Assembly (NCBI GenBank): GCA_051313645.2
Contig: JBNRSN020000010.1
Coordinates: 9,548,001-9,612,000 of the forward strand
DNA from: Centroscyllium fabricii
Lineage: Eukaryota
Length of the DNA: 64,000 nt
Direction of reading: 5' to 3'
In this document: piece after piece, positions 24,440 to 35,419 of the stretch
Layout: the number at the start of each line of letters is the position of its first letter
How positions within the stretch are numbered: position 1 is the stretch's first letter
Translations under genes and position numbers: made by a program
Notes under the pieces: generated by a model
Told to the model about the DNA's origin: nothing
Databases searched by the model: none
What the model saw: only the letters and a program-made list of their open reading frames with translations

Positions 24440-27400
24440 TTATTATATTTTTAACTTACTCTCTTAAATATATAAAATAATTACATTAAATATACTTTTG
24501 TAAGCCTTTCACCAATTCACCACTTTCAAATCTCAGCTCAAAAAACAAAGTTATTTTCAAATAAGCCCCGCCCCTTTTATAATCGTGCTTCAACTTCCTG
24601 TTTTGATTCAAAATACCTTCCACTGATTAAATTTATTATATTTTTTACTTACTCTCTTAAATAAATAAAATAATTAAATTAAATATACTTTTGTAAGCCT
24701 TTAACCAATTCACCACTTTCAAATCTCAGCTCAAAAAACGAAGCACTTTTCAAATAAGCCCCGCCCCTTTTATAATCGTGCTTCAACTTCCAGTTTTGAT
24801 TCAGAATACCTTCCACTGATTAAATATATTATATTTTTAACTTACTCTCTTAAATAAATAAAATAATTAAATTAAATATACTTTTGTAAGCTTTTCACCA
24901 ATTCACCACTTTCAAATCTCAGCTCAAAAAACTGTGCTGTGTTACTCTATGACTCTATGACTCTATCCCCTACCTTTCAAAATCACATTGGAATTTTTTG
25001 ACATCCGCCACACAGCATACCCTGGATTATTCTCCTCTAACTTTTGCGGTCTTGTACCAGAGATTTCGAGGGGTCGGTGGGGATGCTGCAATTCATCAAA
25101 AAGGCTTTGCGGGTGTCTTGGAAGTATTTCCTCTGCCGATTTGGGGCTCTCTTGCCACGGCGGAGCTCAGAGTAGTGCGATTGTTTTGGTAATCTCTAAT
25201 TGGGCATGTCGATGATGAGATCAGTTTATCAGAGCCAACAGGGCCTGATCAAATTTTCGATGCTGGTGATGTTAGCCTGAGAGAGTGTCTGTCCTGCTAA
25301 TGGATTTGCAGGATCTCGCGGAGGCAGCGTTGCTGGTACCTATCCATTGATTTGAGGTGCCTGCTCCACCTGGTCAATGACTCTGAGGCATACAGGAGGG
25401 CTGGTTGTACTACTCTACTGTACACCATGGTCTTGGTGCTGGATTTGCGACCCTGGTCTTCAAGCACTGTCTTCGGTAGGTGACCGATTGCTGCACGGGC
25501 ACACTTTGGGCGCTGATGAATATCGTCCTCGGTGACTTCCCTTGTTGACAGTTGTCTCCCAATTAATGCAATGTGGTCCACGTTGCTGAATGTCTTGACA
25601 TGGATTTTGATAATCGTGCGGTAGTTCTATGTTGCAGTGGCAGGTTGGTTGAAGCAGGTTAATGTAATGCACGTGCTCTCGTACTTTTTGGGGAAGAGTG
25701 TCAAATGCCTTTGTGATGTCAAAGAAAGCCAAGTGCAGTGTTTGGTGCTGTTCCCTGCATTTTCCCTGTAATTGCTGCGTGGTGACTATAATGTACATTG
25801 TGTCTCTTAGTGGGCAGCATACGCATTTCGACTCTGGGAGCAGTTCTTCAGGCACTGGGAGAAGCCGATTGAGGAGGAATCTAGTGATGACACTCTCTGT
25901 GCCAGACAGCAGGAAAAATCTTTCGTAATGGCAGCAATCGGATTTGTCACGTTTCTTGAAAATGTTCACAATAACAGCATCTCTTAGTTCTTTGGCATGC
26001 TCTTCTCTTCGCAGATAAGAGCATGCTGAGGAATGGAATGGATAACACTGGCATCGAAGACATATTTTTGGTTAAAGAGATCTTTGAAGTCATCCTTCCT
26101 GCGGGCACTAACTACATCTCTGACGTTGTTGTGTAGCTCTCCGTACTTTGCATACGGTTGGGTAGGATCCTGGTCCATTAGAGCGTAGGGAAGCTTTGAC
26201 AGCAGTAAAGTATCCACGCAAGTCTTGGTTGTTGGCATGTTGCTGGACCCCTGCAATTTCGCCACCCACCACCTGTTCTTCAGTTCGCGATACTTTTGTT
26301 GGAAATCGGCCTTCAGGAGTCTGCAGAGCTGCTTTCTTGCTCTGCAGTTGTGTTGCTTTTTTTCCAGATCAGGAATGCCTTGCACTTGCAACTTATTAGC
26401 TCTTGGATCACCTGATCATTCTCCTCGAACCATTCTTGATGTTTCCTGCTCGACTGTGCGACGGTCGCTTCACAAATGTTGATTATTGAGCCCTTGAGTG
26501 AATCACAGGCGCTGTGGACGCTTTTTATCGGCATCACTGGGAGTGATCAGTTTTTTTTGTGAGGTGCAGACTGCATAGAGCTTTCTTAATGGGATCCTGT
26601 TGTGCTCCAGCGTTGATGTTCCTTCGGCATTGTTTCTGCTGCCGCCACTATTTGGGGCTGCATTGATCGAGATGAGAGCGCAGATTAGGCGGTGCTCTGT
26701 CCAGCAATCATCAGCTCCTGTCATGGTACCGATGAAGCGTAGGTCCTTGCAGTCACTCGCATTGCTGATGAAATATTCCATCAAATACCAGTGCATAGAG
26801 CAAAGGTGAAGCCATGAATCATTTTACGTGACTAACTGCCAGAACAGGTCTGCTAAGATTTGTCCTTCCCTAACTTCTCTCTGCCAGTCTCACCTCCCCA
26901 GACGTCTCTGTTCTTTCCAATTCTGTCACTAAAGTCGCCAAGGGGGATTAGTTTGTCGCCCGTTAGTACTCGGGACCGGGACTGTTCGAGGCTGGAGTAG
27001 AACTGCTCTTTGGACTCAGCTGTCGCTTGCAATGTTTGGGGCATTCGCACCGATGACCGTCGTATGCCAATTCCGGGCTAGCTTGAGCTGAATAGTTATG
27101 AGGCGATCGTTTCTACCACTAGCGGAACCTCGTATATGCCCAACTTGTTCATTTATTATGGCAGAGACTACCCCATTGATGCAGTGTTCTTCTTCAGATT
27201 TGGCTTTCCAGAATAAGGTTTACAAACTGCCTTGCTCCTTGAGCTGGCCTTCCCCTGCCTGCCTAGTCTTGCTTAGTGCGACCATGTCAATTTCGGAACA
27301 TCCGAGATCCCAGGCAGCGATAGCGGCACGGCATTCCAATATGTCACGATTGGGGTTGGCCATGAGGGTCCTGACGTTCCAGGTCCCTAACTCTATTTTA

Positions 27401-28599
27401 AAGGGACGAAAATGCCTGTGCGTGCTTTATTTTAATGTGGGGTAACCGTTGCACACCAGCTAACACGGGCTTGACAGAGCAAACGCTTGCTCAAATGGCA
27501 AGGGGATCCAAGCCGATTGGACACCAGGATCAGAAACAACGGTCTAGCACACAGAAACACATAGGACGACTGTCCTCCTCCCTCCTTTCCGGGACGGATG
27601 GAAGACCCTATATATTCTACCACTGAAACCGGAACAATGCTTTTAAATTGCTTTCAAAACGATTGCATTTAAGCAGCGAAGAAAATAAAATTCAGCGAAG
27701 AGCTGAATAAGTTAGCAAAATCGCCCTGGACACTCATTCTGAGATTAGTTAGGAAATGTGATAATTAATCAATCAAACGAAAGTTTCGTCATAACTAAAG
27801 GTCAAACTAAGCTCAGTTTCCACCGTAGAAAGTCATTCTTCCTTATAATGTGAGTCATGTGAGAGTTTTTGTGTGAACATTTCTTATATTTTGCAGCATG
27901 CATTTGATGGCTCCAGTTCTTAAATTTTCATGCTCACATCATTGAGTACATATAACCCGTCATTAAAAAATTATCATTTTTCAAATTCAGGGATCAAAGA
28001 TAATATAGATGAGCTTCAGCAGCGGACATGTGCTCAACAGAAGAATGCACCTAACACTGTATATTCTGTGATGGGGAACGGCAGTTTTAAATCATCAGTA
28101 AAGTTTAATTTGCTGCCAACCAATCAAAATTCTTGCGACCACCTATATTGGTAACTTTCCTCTAAGTGTCTTGTGCACGGTCTCTCTATGGGACTCCATT
28201 CCTCATTACCAATTGGAGCCATCTCTTCTCCCATGATTTGTGATCGAATGGAGGAAACTGTCGGAATTTGATTCATCGATATGACCTTTTACCTGTTACC
28301 TCCCAGATAGATTCTTTAAAGATCGATTATACTCTGACTGTTGTCTCTCATTCAACACAAAGTTGGAGTCAGCTCTTATTTTCTGCTGTCGATCAAAGTA
28401 AAATGATTAATATTATTATTATTCTGTTCTCAATCAGTCTTTCAAACGAAGGTGTGAAGGAATATAAAATGAATGACTTCTCATAAAGATATTCATTATT
28501 ACAATTGTTGCAAATGACCTGTTAAATCACTGCCAGTTTAAGCAATTTACAGCCTTCCGGACTCAATATCGATTTCAAAATTTCAGAACTAAAACTCGG

Positions 28600-28970
28600 T
28601 CACCATTATATTTGTACTTATTTTTATCCACACATTTGTTTCGGCTCCATTTTTTCTCTCTCGCACATGACCGCTGTCTCCCATTCTGTCAGTATATTTC
28701 ACAACAAATCTAGAGCCGTCTTCTTTTTCCAATAGACCTATCACCATATCGTCTCGTTTTGAATACCTCTCAATGACTTTTCTCTTCTCTTTTGTTTTCT
28801 CTTCTCATTTCTTCTCTCCCATCCCCCTTTTGGCCTTCTACTCTACTTCAGTTATTTGCTTCTTCACTTTTGACAAAGGGTCCCGACCTGAAACTTTGAC
28901 TCTATGTCTCTCTTCACGGATATTGGCTGACCTGCTGAGTTATTCCTGCATATTCCTTTGTTATTTCAGT
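28600..28970 (+). mobile_element. Penelope-like terminal remnant with decayed hammerhead motif (28869-28894)
   Basis: tttgacaaagggtcccgacctgaaac...ggctgacctgctgagttattcctgcatattcctttgttatttcag. Confidence 0.6.
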
Positions 28971-29179
28971 ATTCTGTGTTTGGATGAACATTTGCAGACG
29001 GTCAGAAATAATTGCTTTTAAGGACAATATTATTATGCAGTTGTGGATTGTTCAAAATAACAATTGGAAAATAGCAGCAACATTGCACCAGTTAGATATT
29101 TTCATCGGTGATCTCGCCTAACTGTGGGAGAACTGCCAAGGAATGGAAGCAGAAACTCAATGGAAAGGAGCTGTAGGGT

Positions 29180-30045
29180 GTGGATGGACAGCGAACAACA
29201 GAAATCCAAATATTAAATTCCTGTTTATGAGCAAACCAACATGAATTACTGTATTATAGACAGGGACATTAATCACAATAATATACAAGTGTTAATTACT
29301 CTTTACAAAATGTTGGTGAGGCCACATTTTTTAACACAAGGTACAGCTTCGGTCCCTCATTGCGAAAAGGTCATTAAATGCACTGAGAGTGGGCAGTGTA
29401 GATACACCAGGATGGTGCAGTCGATCACGAATGTGCTGGTCAATATATTGGGGCTATTTGCACTGGAGCTACGTCAGCTAAGAGGAGATGTTATAGAGAT
29501 TTAAAACGTTTTCAACAGTTTCGTCAGTGAGTATTGAGAGATTATTCCATCTACTGTGGGATTTCGTCTTAAATTGTCAGAAATGGAATGAGAAGTGAGG
29601 TTGGAAGAAATATATTTATGCAAAGTATGATAGAGCCCGGAAATATGTACCTCAGTATATTTTGAGGAACGTTAAGTGAATATTTGAAAGGGAGAACATA
29701 TGTGGAGAGAGAGGAAGCGTCTGCCGACAGTTTTTCATCGCTCTCTCAAAGAACCCAGTAAAGAATTAAAAAATATAATACAAAGAAGAATCCAGTATAG
29801 ATAGAATAGGTCAAAATATTAACTCCCGCCCAGTAAATTTCAATGATTTTACAGTTTTATCTCTTTTGGTATGATGTTCATTTTTTAAGATACACTCATC
29901 CCTTTTGAACTAATATTGTAAAAAAATATGAAAACATAAACTGACACCAAGTAACATCCCAGCGGTACAAAAGTTGTGTGTCTTTCACAGTTTCCCATAT
30001 GTCTATAACCCAATTTCATTGTGTCATTAGCTCTGTGTGCAGTGC
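29180..30045 (+). repeat. Block A (ancient CR1 fragment plus flank), duplicated as A' at 34177-35051
   Basis: Colinear similarity, e.g. caaaccaacatgaattactg / caaaccaacaggaattactg and ataacccaatttcatt. Confidence 0.85.
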
Positions 30046-30049
30046 CAGA

Positions 30050-30600
30050 TCTCCCAACCGACCCATGATCCCTCAGCCTTTATAGATGTGGAAACGTGTC
30101 TGCTGCTTTTTTACATTCTGACTGTATGATTGTAACTGCATTTCCCACGCCATACAGGCCACTGATGTGTTTTGAACAGTCCAGCAGGTTAGGTAAAGTT
30201 GAGACATCGTTCCTTAATCCAATAGCATTTTCTTTTACTTTCCTCCTTTCCAATGGGCGCACCCACTGAATGGCTCCTCTTCTTACTAAAACACTGAATT
30301 ATTTCAATCGTTGTTGGATCGTTATGGATCGTCTTTTTTGAGCAAATGTTTTCCAGTGTCAGTAAACCTTCACTCCGGTCAGTCCACATTCCTTTATCTC
30401 CCAGTATCTGCGTCCTTCGATTCGAGATTACCATTTTAGAAGTTTGAACAATATTTCAAAACCGTTGCTGTCTGTCGTTCATACTAGCCCTCCTTCATTG
30501 ATTCTCTTGTATTCTACATCGAATATTTACCAAACAGACATGACGAAACCTTAATACCTAATTGCTAGATTTCTGATAGTTAAATATCTTTTAATTTATC
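30050..30600 (-). mobile_element. Ancient CR1 RT fragment
   Basis: NLLD...GNAVTIIQSECKKAADTFPH is a decayed GNAVDIIYLDFKKAFDTVPH. Confidence 0.55.
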
Positions 30601-30825
30601 CTCAGCATTGCTCCCTACATAATTACTTCAAAACACTGTGCCTACTATTTCATTTCAATTTATAAATACATTGTAATTTCACACTCAATAACACGTTCTT
30701 TCCTAATTTTCGCTTGTCTACACCAGCGCTGGGACATCCCATAACTGCACAACGGCCGGAGTCGCACACGCAGAGCGGGCGGATTATTGGATAATTATGG
30801 TAGAGCTTCCAAACTTTCAATCGTA

Positions 30826-33590
30826 AGAACAATAGGACATTTGAAATATGAGCAGGGGTAGGATATTTGGCACTTCGATCGTTCACCGTCATTCAATAAA
30901 GTTATGGCTGATCTTGTACCTCCTCTCCACATTCCTGAACTATCTCCATCGCCCTCGATTCTCTTAATATTCAACAATCCAACGAATTACGTCTTGAATA
31001 TACTCAACGACTCAGACTCCACAGCCCTTTTGGGGAGTGAATTCCAAAGATTCACCGCCCTCACTGTGAAGCAATGTCTCGTCATCTCAGTTCTAAATGG
31101 AAGACGATTTATTCTGAAACTGTGACCACTGGTTCTCCAGTCTCCAGCCAGGGGAAAGCTCCTCCAGGCATTTACCCTGTAACGCCCTGCAAGAATTGTG
31201 TACGATTCAAGGAGATCAACAAACACTCTTCGAATCTCGAGAAAAAAGTGTCCTAGTCTACTCAATCTGTCCTCATAGGACAATCTCCCGATCCGAGGAA
31301 CAGGTCATGTGCACCTTCGTTGCACTCCCTCTATGGCAAATATATCCTTCCTTAGGAAAGGTGATCACAACTTTACACAATACTCCAGCGGTGGTCGCAA
31401 CAGGCCCCTGTAAAATTGAAGGATGACGTCTTGATTCTTGTACAAAAATCCTCTTGTAAAAAGGCCATCATACCTATTCCTTTCCTAATTGATTTCTGCA
31501 CTGCATGTTAAATGTCAGTGATTCGTGCATAAGTTTTCCCATCTCCCTCTGTGCTGTATCATTACTCAATCTCGCACCATTTACAAAGTACTCCGCTTTT
31601 CTGTTTTCCATACCAAAGTGAAAAACTTCACATTGCACGGCATTATATTCTATTTGCCATCTTCGTGCCCACTCACCTAACCTATCTGTAAGCCCACGAC
31701 TCCACTTTCCATCCTCCTCACAATTACATTCGCACCTCGCTTATTATCATCAGTAAATTTGGGTTACATTTGGTCCTCTCATCCAAATAATTCGTGCAGA
31801 TTGTGAATAGCTGCGGCCAAAGATTTAATCATTGCGGTACTCGTTTAGTGACAGGCCACCAACACAAAATATACAGCTAATTCCTACTCTATGTTTTCAG
31901 TCATTTATACAATGCTCACTCCATGCTAGAATATTACCCCCAAACCCAAGTGCTCTCATTTGGTTGTTTAATATATTGTGTGGCACCTTATCGAATGCCT
32001 TATGAAATCACAAATACACCACAACCACTGGTGTACCCTTATCTATTCTGCTAGTTACAATCTGAAAAACTCATACAGATTTGTCTAAGGAGTTTTCTTT
32101 TTGATAAATCAATGTTGACTCTGCCGTCTTCTAATAGCATATTCGAAGCGCCCTATTCCCACGTCCTTAATAATACATGATAGCATTTCAACTGCCTCTG
32201 CTGTTAGTCGATCTGATATGTAGTTCCCCGCTTGCAGTCTCCCTCGTTTCTTAACGTTATATTTGCTACCTTCCAATCAGTGTAACCATTCCTGCAAAGC
32301 ATCGTCTAACTCTATAGCGAACTGCTTTGAAAACGGAGGATCTCGGCCTGCCGATCCAGGGGACTTTTCCAGTAGTACGTGTTTGCTAAACTAATTTCAT
32401 TGCGCTCTTCATTCTCGCTCGATCCTTGGGTGTCCATGATTTCAGCGAAGTTGTTTTGCATCTTCTCCTGTGAAGAAAGACACAAGGTATTTGTTTACTT
32501 TATCTGCCAAAGGAACAGCATTTACTTTCGATATGCTTTGCCTTTCTACATATCTATTGAGGCTTTAACAGACTGTTTTATACCTCTCCCTAGTTTACTC
32601 TTATATTCTATTTACCCTTTCTTCATAACGTTCCCGGTCCTGATTTGCTGAACTCTAAATTCCTGCCAATCCTCAGGCTTACTACTGCTTTCGGCAGCAT
32701 TTAGTGCCTTTTCCTTTGACATAATACTGTCTTTAGCCACGAGTGGACCACTTATCCTACGGGGTTTTTGTACCTTAAAGGAATGTATATGTGTTCTAAG
32801 TTATGTATTTATTATTTAAATGTTAGCCATTACTCGTCCACTGTCATAACTTTTAATGTGTCTGCTTTAGCCAACTCAACTCTCATACATATGTAGTTTG
32901 TTTTGTTCTGATTTAAGACCCTAGTTTCGGATTTAATTTTGTCAATGTTAAACTCAATATAAAATTCTGTTATATTATCCTCATTCTTCCCTATGTGCCC
33001 CTTTACATCAAGTTTACAAATTGAACCATTATCGTTGCACATTAGAAGTTATAAGTTCCTGTACACTAGTTGGTTCCTCAACATACTGATGTAGAAAACG
33101 ATCTTGCATACAGCCCCTTGCTGTTCGAAGCTCCAACCAAACTAATTCTACTTGGATATTTTCAGAGCTAAGAACCATTATCTCCGCTCCCTATCATTTC
33201 ATTAATTGTCAGGCCTATCACTAACCCTTTTTCATTGTGCCTATACATTCTAAATATTATCTAGCCTGCAATATTTTTTCCCAACTTTGTCCAATTTGCA
33301 TCCATGTCTCCATTATGGCTAGTCCATCAGACCTGTTAACCTCTATCTGCACTATTCATTCATCTATTTTGCTGTGAATGCTTCGTGAATTCAGTTATAC
33401 TGCATTTGGCGTTGACTTATTTCTCTGTTTTCCCTGTTCACCTCAGTCACTGGTGGCTTTTTACCTTTGTTATTCTCTCTGTACTTCCTGCCAACACTTT
33501 CGTTGTTTACTCAAAATTATACTCTGCACTAGTGCCTTGAAATTTCACTGCTTTTAAATGTGCTCTTTCCTGAATCGTCCCCATCTCCTT
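30826..33590 (-). mobile_element. CR1/HER1-like LINE, degenerate ORF2
   Basis: Tail at ~30826, TVRAVNLWNSLP, KAFDKVP-like and EN remnants. Confidence 0.8.
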
Positions 33591-34175
33591 CATGGATTTA
33601 ATTTATTTGCCATTAATGGTGGGCAACGCAAGTGGCATTGGATCGTAGAATTAGAGAGCACACAAGGAGAGCATGCGGAGCGGACCTGGTTGTGTCCTGA
33701 GCGATGAAGCAACAGCGGAGGCTTCATAAAGAGAGGAGACAGCGAGGCCCTGACCAAAGCGTCGGACCTTGCTGAGAGGGAGCAGCGAGGCGAGACCAAT
33801 TCAGCAGCAGGTAGAGAAGGAAAAGCTAATCGAAACATGACGTCATCAGGAAGCAGGTATGTGATTGGTTCGTGAGTATTTACTTTCCAATTATTGTAAA
33901 CTTATTTTTTTTGTTTCTATGCACTCTGTTGTTTTGCGGGGACTAGTGCTAAACAAGGGTCTTTGAATATAGCATTTCATTGAAGTGAATTTGGTGGGAT
34001 TCATATATTTTTTATTAATAATTAAAGAGAAAGTCATGGCAGGACCGCCCAGCCTCGTAGTGCTCACCTCCTGCTCTATGTGGGGAATAAGGCACACTCC
34101 CGGTGTCCCTGACGGCTATGTGCGCGGGAAGTGTGTCCATCTGCAACAACTGATATAATTCATTGCGGTGCTGGA
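33307..34175. repeat. Block C (head-to-head CR1 junction), duplicated as C' at 35052-~35930
   Basis: tctccattatggctagt... occurs at 33307 and 35052, colinear through the CR1 ORF1 Zn-finger. Confidence 0.85.
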
Positions 34176-35419
34176 CCTGACAGCGAGCGATAGGAATCGA
34201 AATATTCAATTCCTAGAAAGTTTATGTGCAAACCAACAGGAATTACTGTTTTATAGACAGGGCCATTAATCCCAATAATAACCAAGTTATGATTACACTT
34301 TACAGTATTTTGTCGAGGCCACAGTTAGAACACAAGGTTAAGCTTCGGTCCCCCATTGCGAAAAAGGCCATTAAATGCTCTGAGACTGGGCACTGTAGAT
34401 ACACCAGGATGGTGCCTTGGATCAGGACTGCACTGGTCAATACATTGGGACTATTTGCACTGGAGCAGCGACAGCTAAGAGGAGATTTTATGGAGATTTA
34501 AAACGTTATTAACAATTTCGTCAGAGTGATAAGGGAGAGATTATTCAATCTACTAAGGATTTTCGACTTAAAATGCTCAGAAAGGGAATGAGAAGTGAGG
34601 TTGGAAGAATTATATTTGTGCAAAGGATGCTGGAGCACGGAATGATGTACCTCACATTATATTCTGAGGAAAGTTAGGTGAATATTTAAAAGGGAGAAAA
34701 TAATTTTCTCTGGAGAGAGAGGAAGAGACTGCCGATAGATTTGCATCGATTTCTTAAAGAACCCATTACAGAATTAAAAATTAAAATAAAAAGAAGAACA
34801 CAGGATAGATTGAATAGTTCAACTTATTAACTCCCACATCTACATTTTCTCTGATTTTATATTTTTATCTCTGTTGGTATCATTTTCATTTTCTAAAGAT
34901 ACACTCCTCCCAGTTGAGATTATATTGAAACAAAAATAATAATAAACTGATACCAAGAAAGATCCCAGCGGTTCAGCTGTCGCATGTCTCTCACAGTTTC
35001 ATATTTGTCGATAACCCAATTTCATTTTTCAATTAGCTCTCTGTGCAGTGCTCTCCATTATGGCTAGTACATCAAACCTGGTAACCTCTATCTGCGTTAT
35101 TAATTCATCTATTTTGCTGTGAATGCTTCGTGCATTCAGTTATACTGCCTTTAGCCTTGACTTATTTCTCTTTTTCCCTGTTGTCACCACAGTCACTGGT
35201 GGTGCTTTACCTATGTTATTCTCTCTGTCTTTCCTGCCAACCTTTTCGATTTCTACTCAAAATTATACTCTGGTCTGGTGCCTTGAATTTTCACTGCTTT
35301 TAAATGCACTCTTTCCTGAATCCTCCCCATCGCCTTCATGAGTTTCATTCCATTGATATTATTGGTGGACAACGGAAGTGGCATTGCATCATAGAATCTA
35401 AAAGCAGACAATGATTTTA

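Larger units (their letters stand above)
14637..24931 (-). mobile_element. Full-length CR1 LINE (~5.9 kb without nested Gypsy): 5' monomer array, ORF1 (Zn-finger + SGNH esterase, ATG 19058), ORF2 (EN+RT, disrupted), (ttcttatg)n tail
   Basis: ORF1 MGVQVMCYCCEMWE..DYICSKC, VVVGYSIIKG, CCLPGARVKD, HVGTNDI, DRLHLN. ORF2 [38 protein letters not shown]. Both ends are fixed by the split host tail. Confidence 0.9.
19364..24932 (-). repeat. Six ~193-bp tandem monomers at the CR1 5' end (fourth copy split by Gypsy)
   Basis: aagccccgcccc begins at 19364, 19556, 19749, 19942, 24563 and 24756. The minus strand of the unit reads ccggaagt...tataaaaggggcggggc. Confidence 0.95.
13325..24966 (+). mobile_element. 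CR1 LINE (second subfamily), 5'-truncated; pieces at 13325-14636 and 24932-24966
   Basis: [26 protein letters not shown] and FADD remnants. The tail gccgaagagcctctttct|gtgctgtgttactctatgactctatg is split by the inner element. Confidence 0.85.
12463..25020 (-). mobile_element. HER1 (CR1) 5'-truncated LINE; pieces at 12463-13324 and 24967-25020
   Basis: Tail at 12463 and MQQAVKKANGML...RPHLGYCVQ ORF remnant. The sequence resumes after the inner insertions at 24967 (cccctacctttcaaaatcacattggaattttttgacatcc). Confidence 0.8.
12244..27607 (-). mobile_element. RTE-clade LINE, degenerate; pieces at 12244-12462 (3' end) and ~25021-27607
   Basis: EN motifs (LGTWNVRTLM, GDFSDRIG), RT motifs (LQGKCREQHQTLHLAFFDITKAFDT, LLYASES). 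12460 gttcagcacctt continues at ~25023 ctggattattctcctc. Confidence 0.8.
11044..27768 (+). pseudogene. GPR139/GPR142-like GPCR pseudogene: exon 1 11044-11112, exon 2 11547-~12243 resuming at ~27608-27768
   Basis: Aligns to the intact gene (IKEIFLPFLA..G|gtgag; ttacag acceptor; MVAMAKADLLVM; KYCTER; final cactgaaaccgga...aaattcagcgaagagctgaat...ccctggacactcattctgaga). Exon 1 is 69 vs 70 nt; there are frameshifts, a ~50-bp deletion around TM5 and a 15.4-kb TE insertion. Confidence 0.9.
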
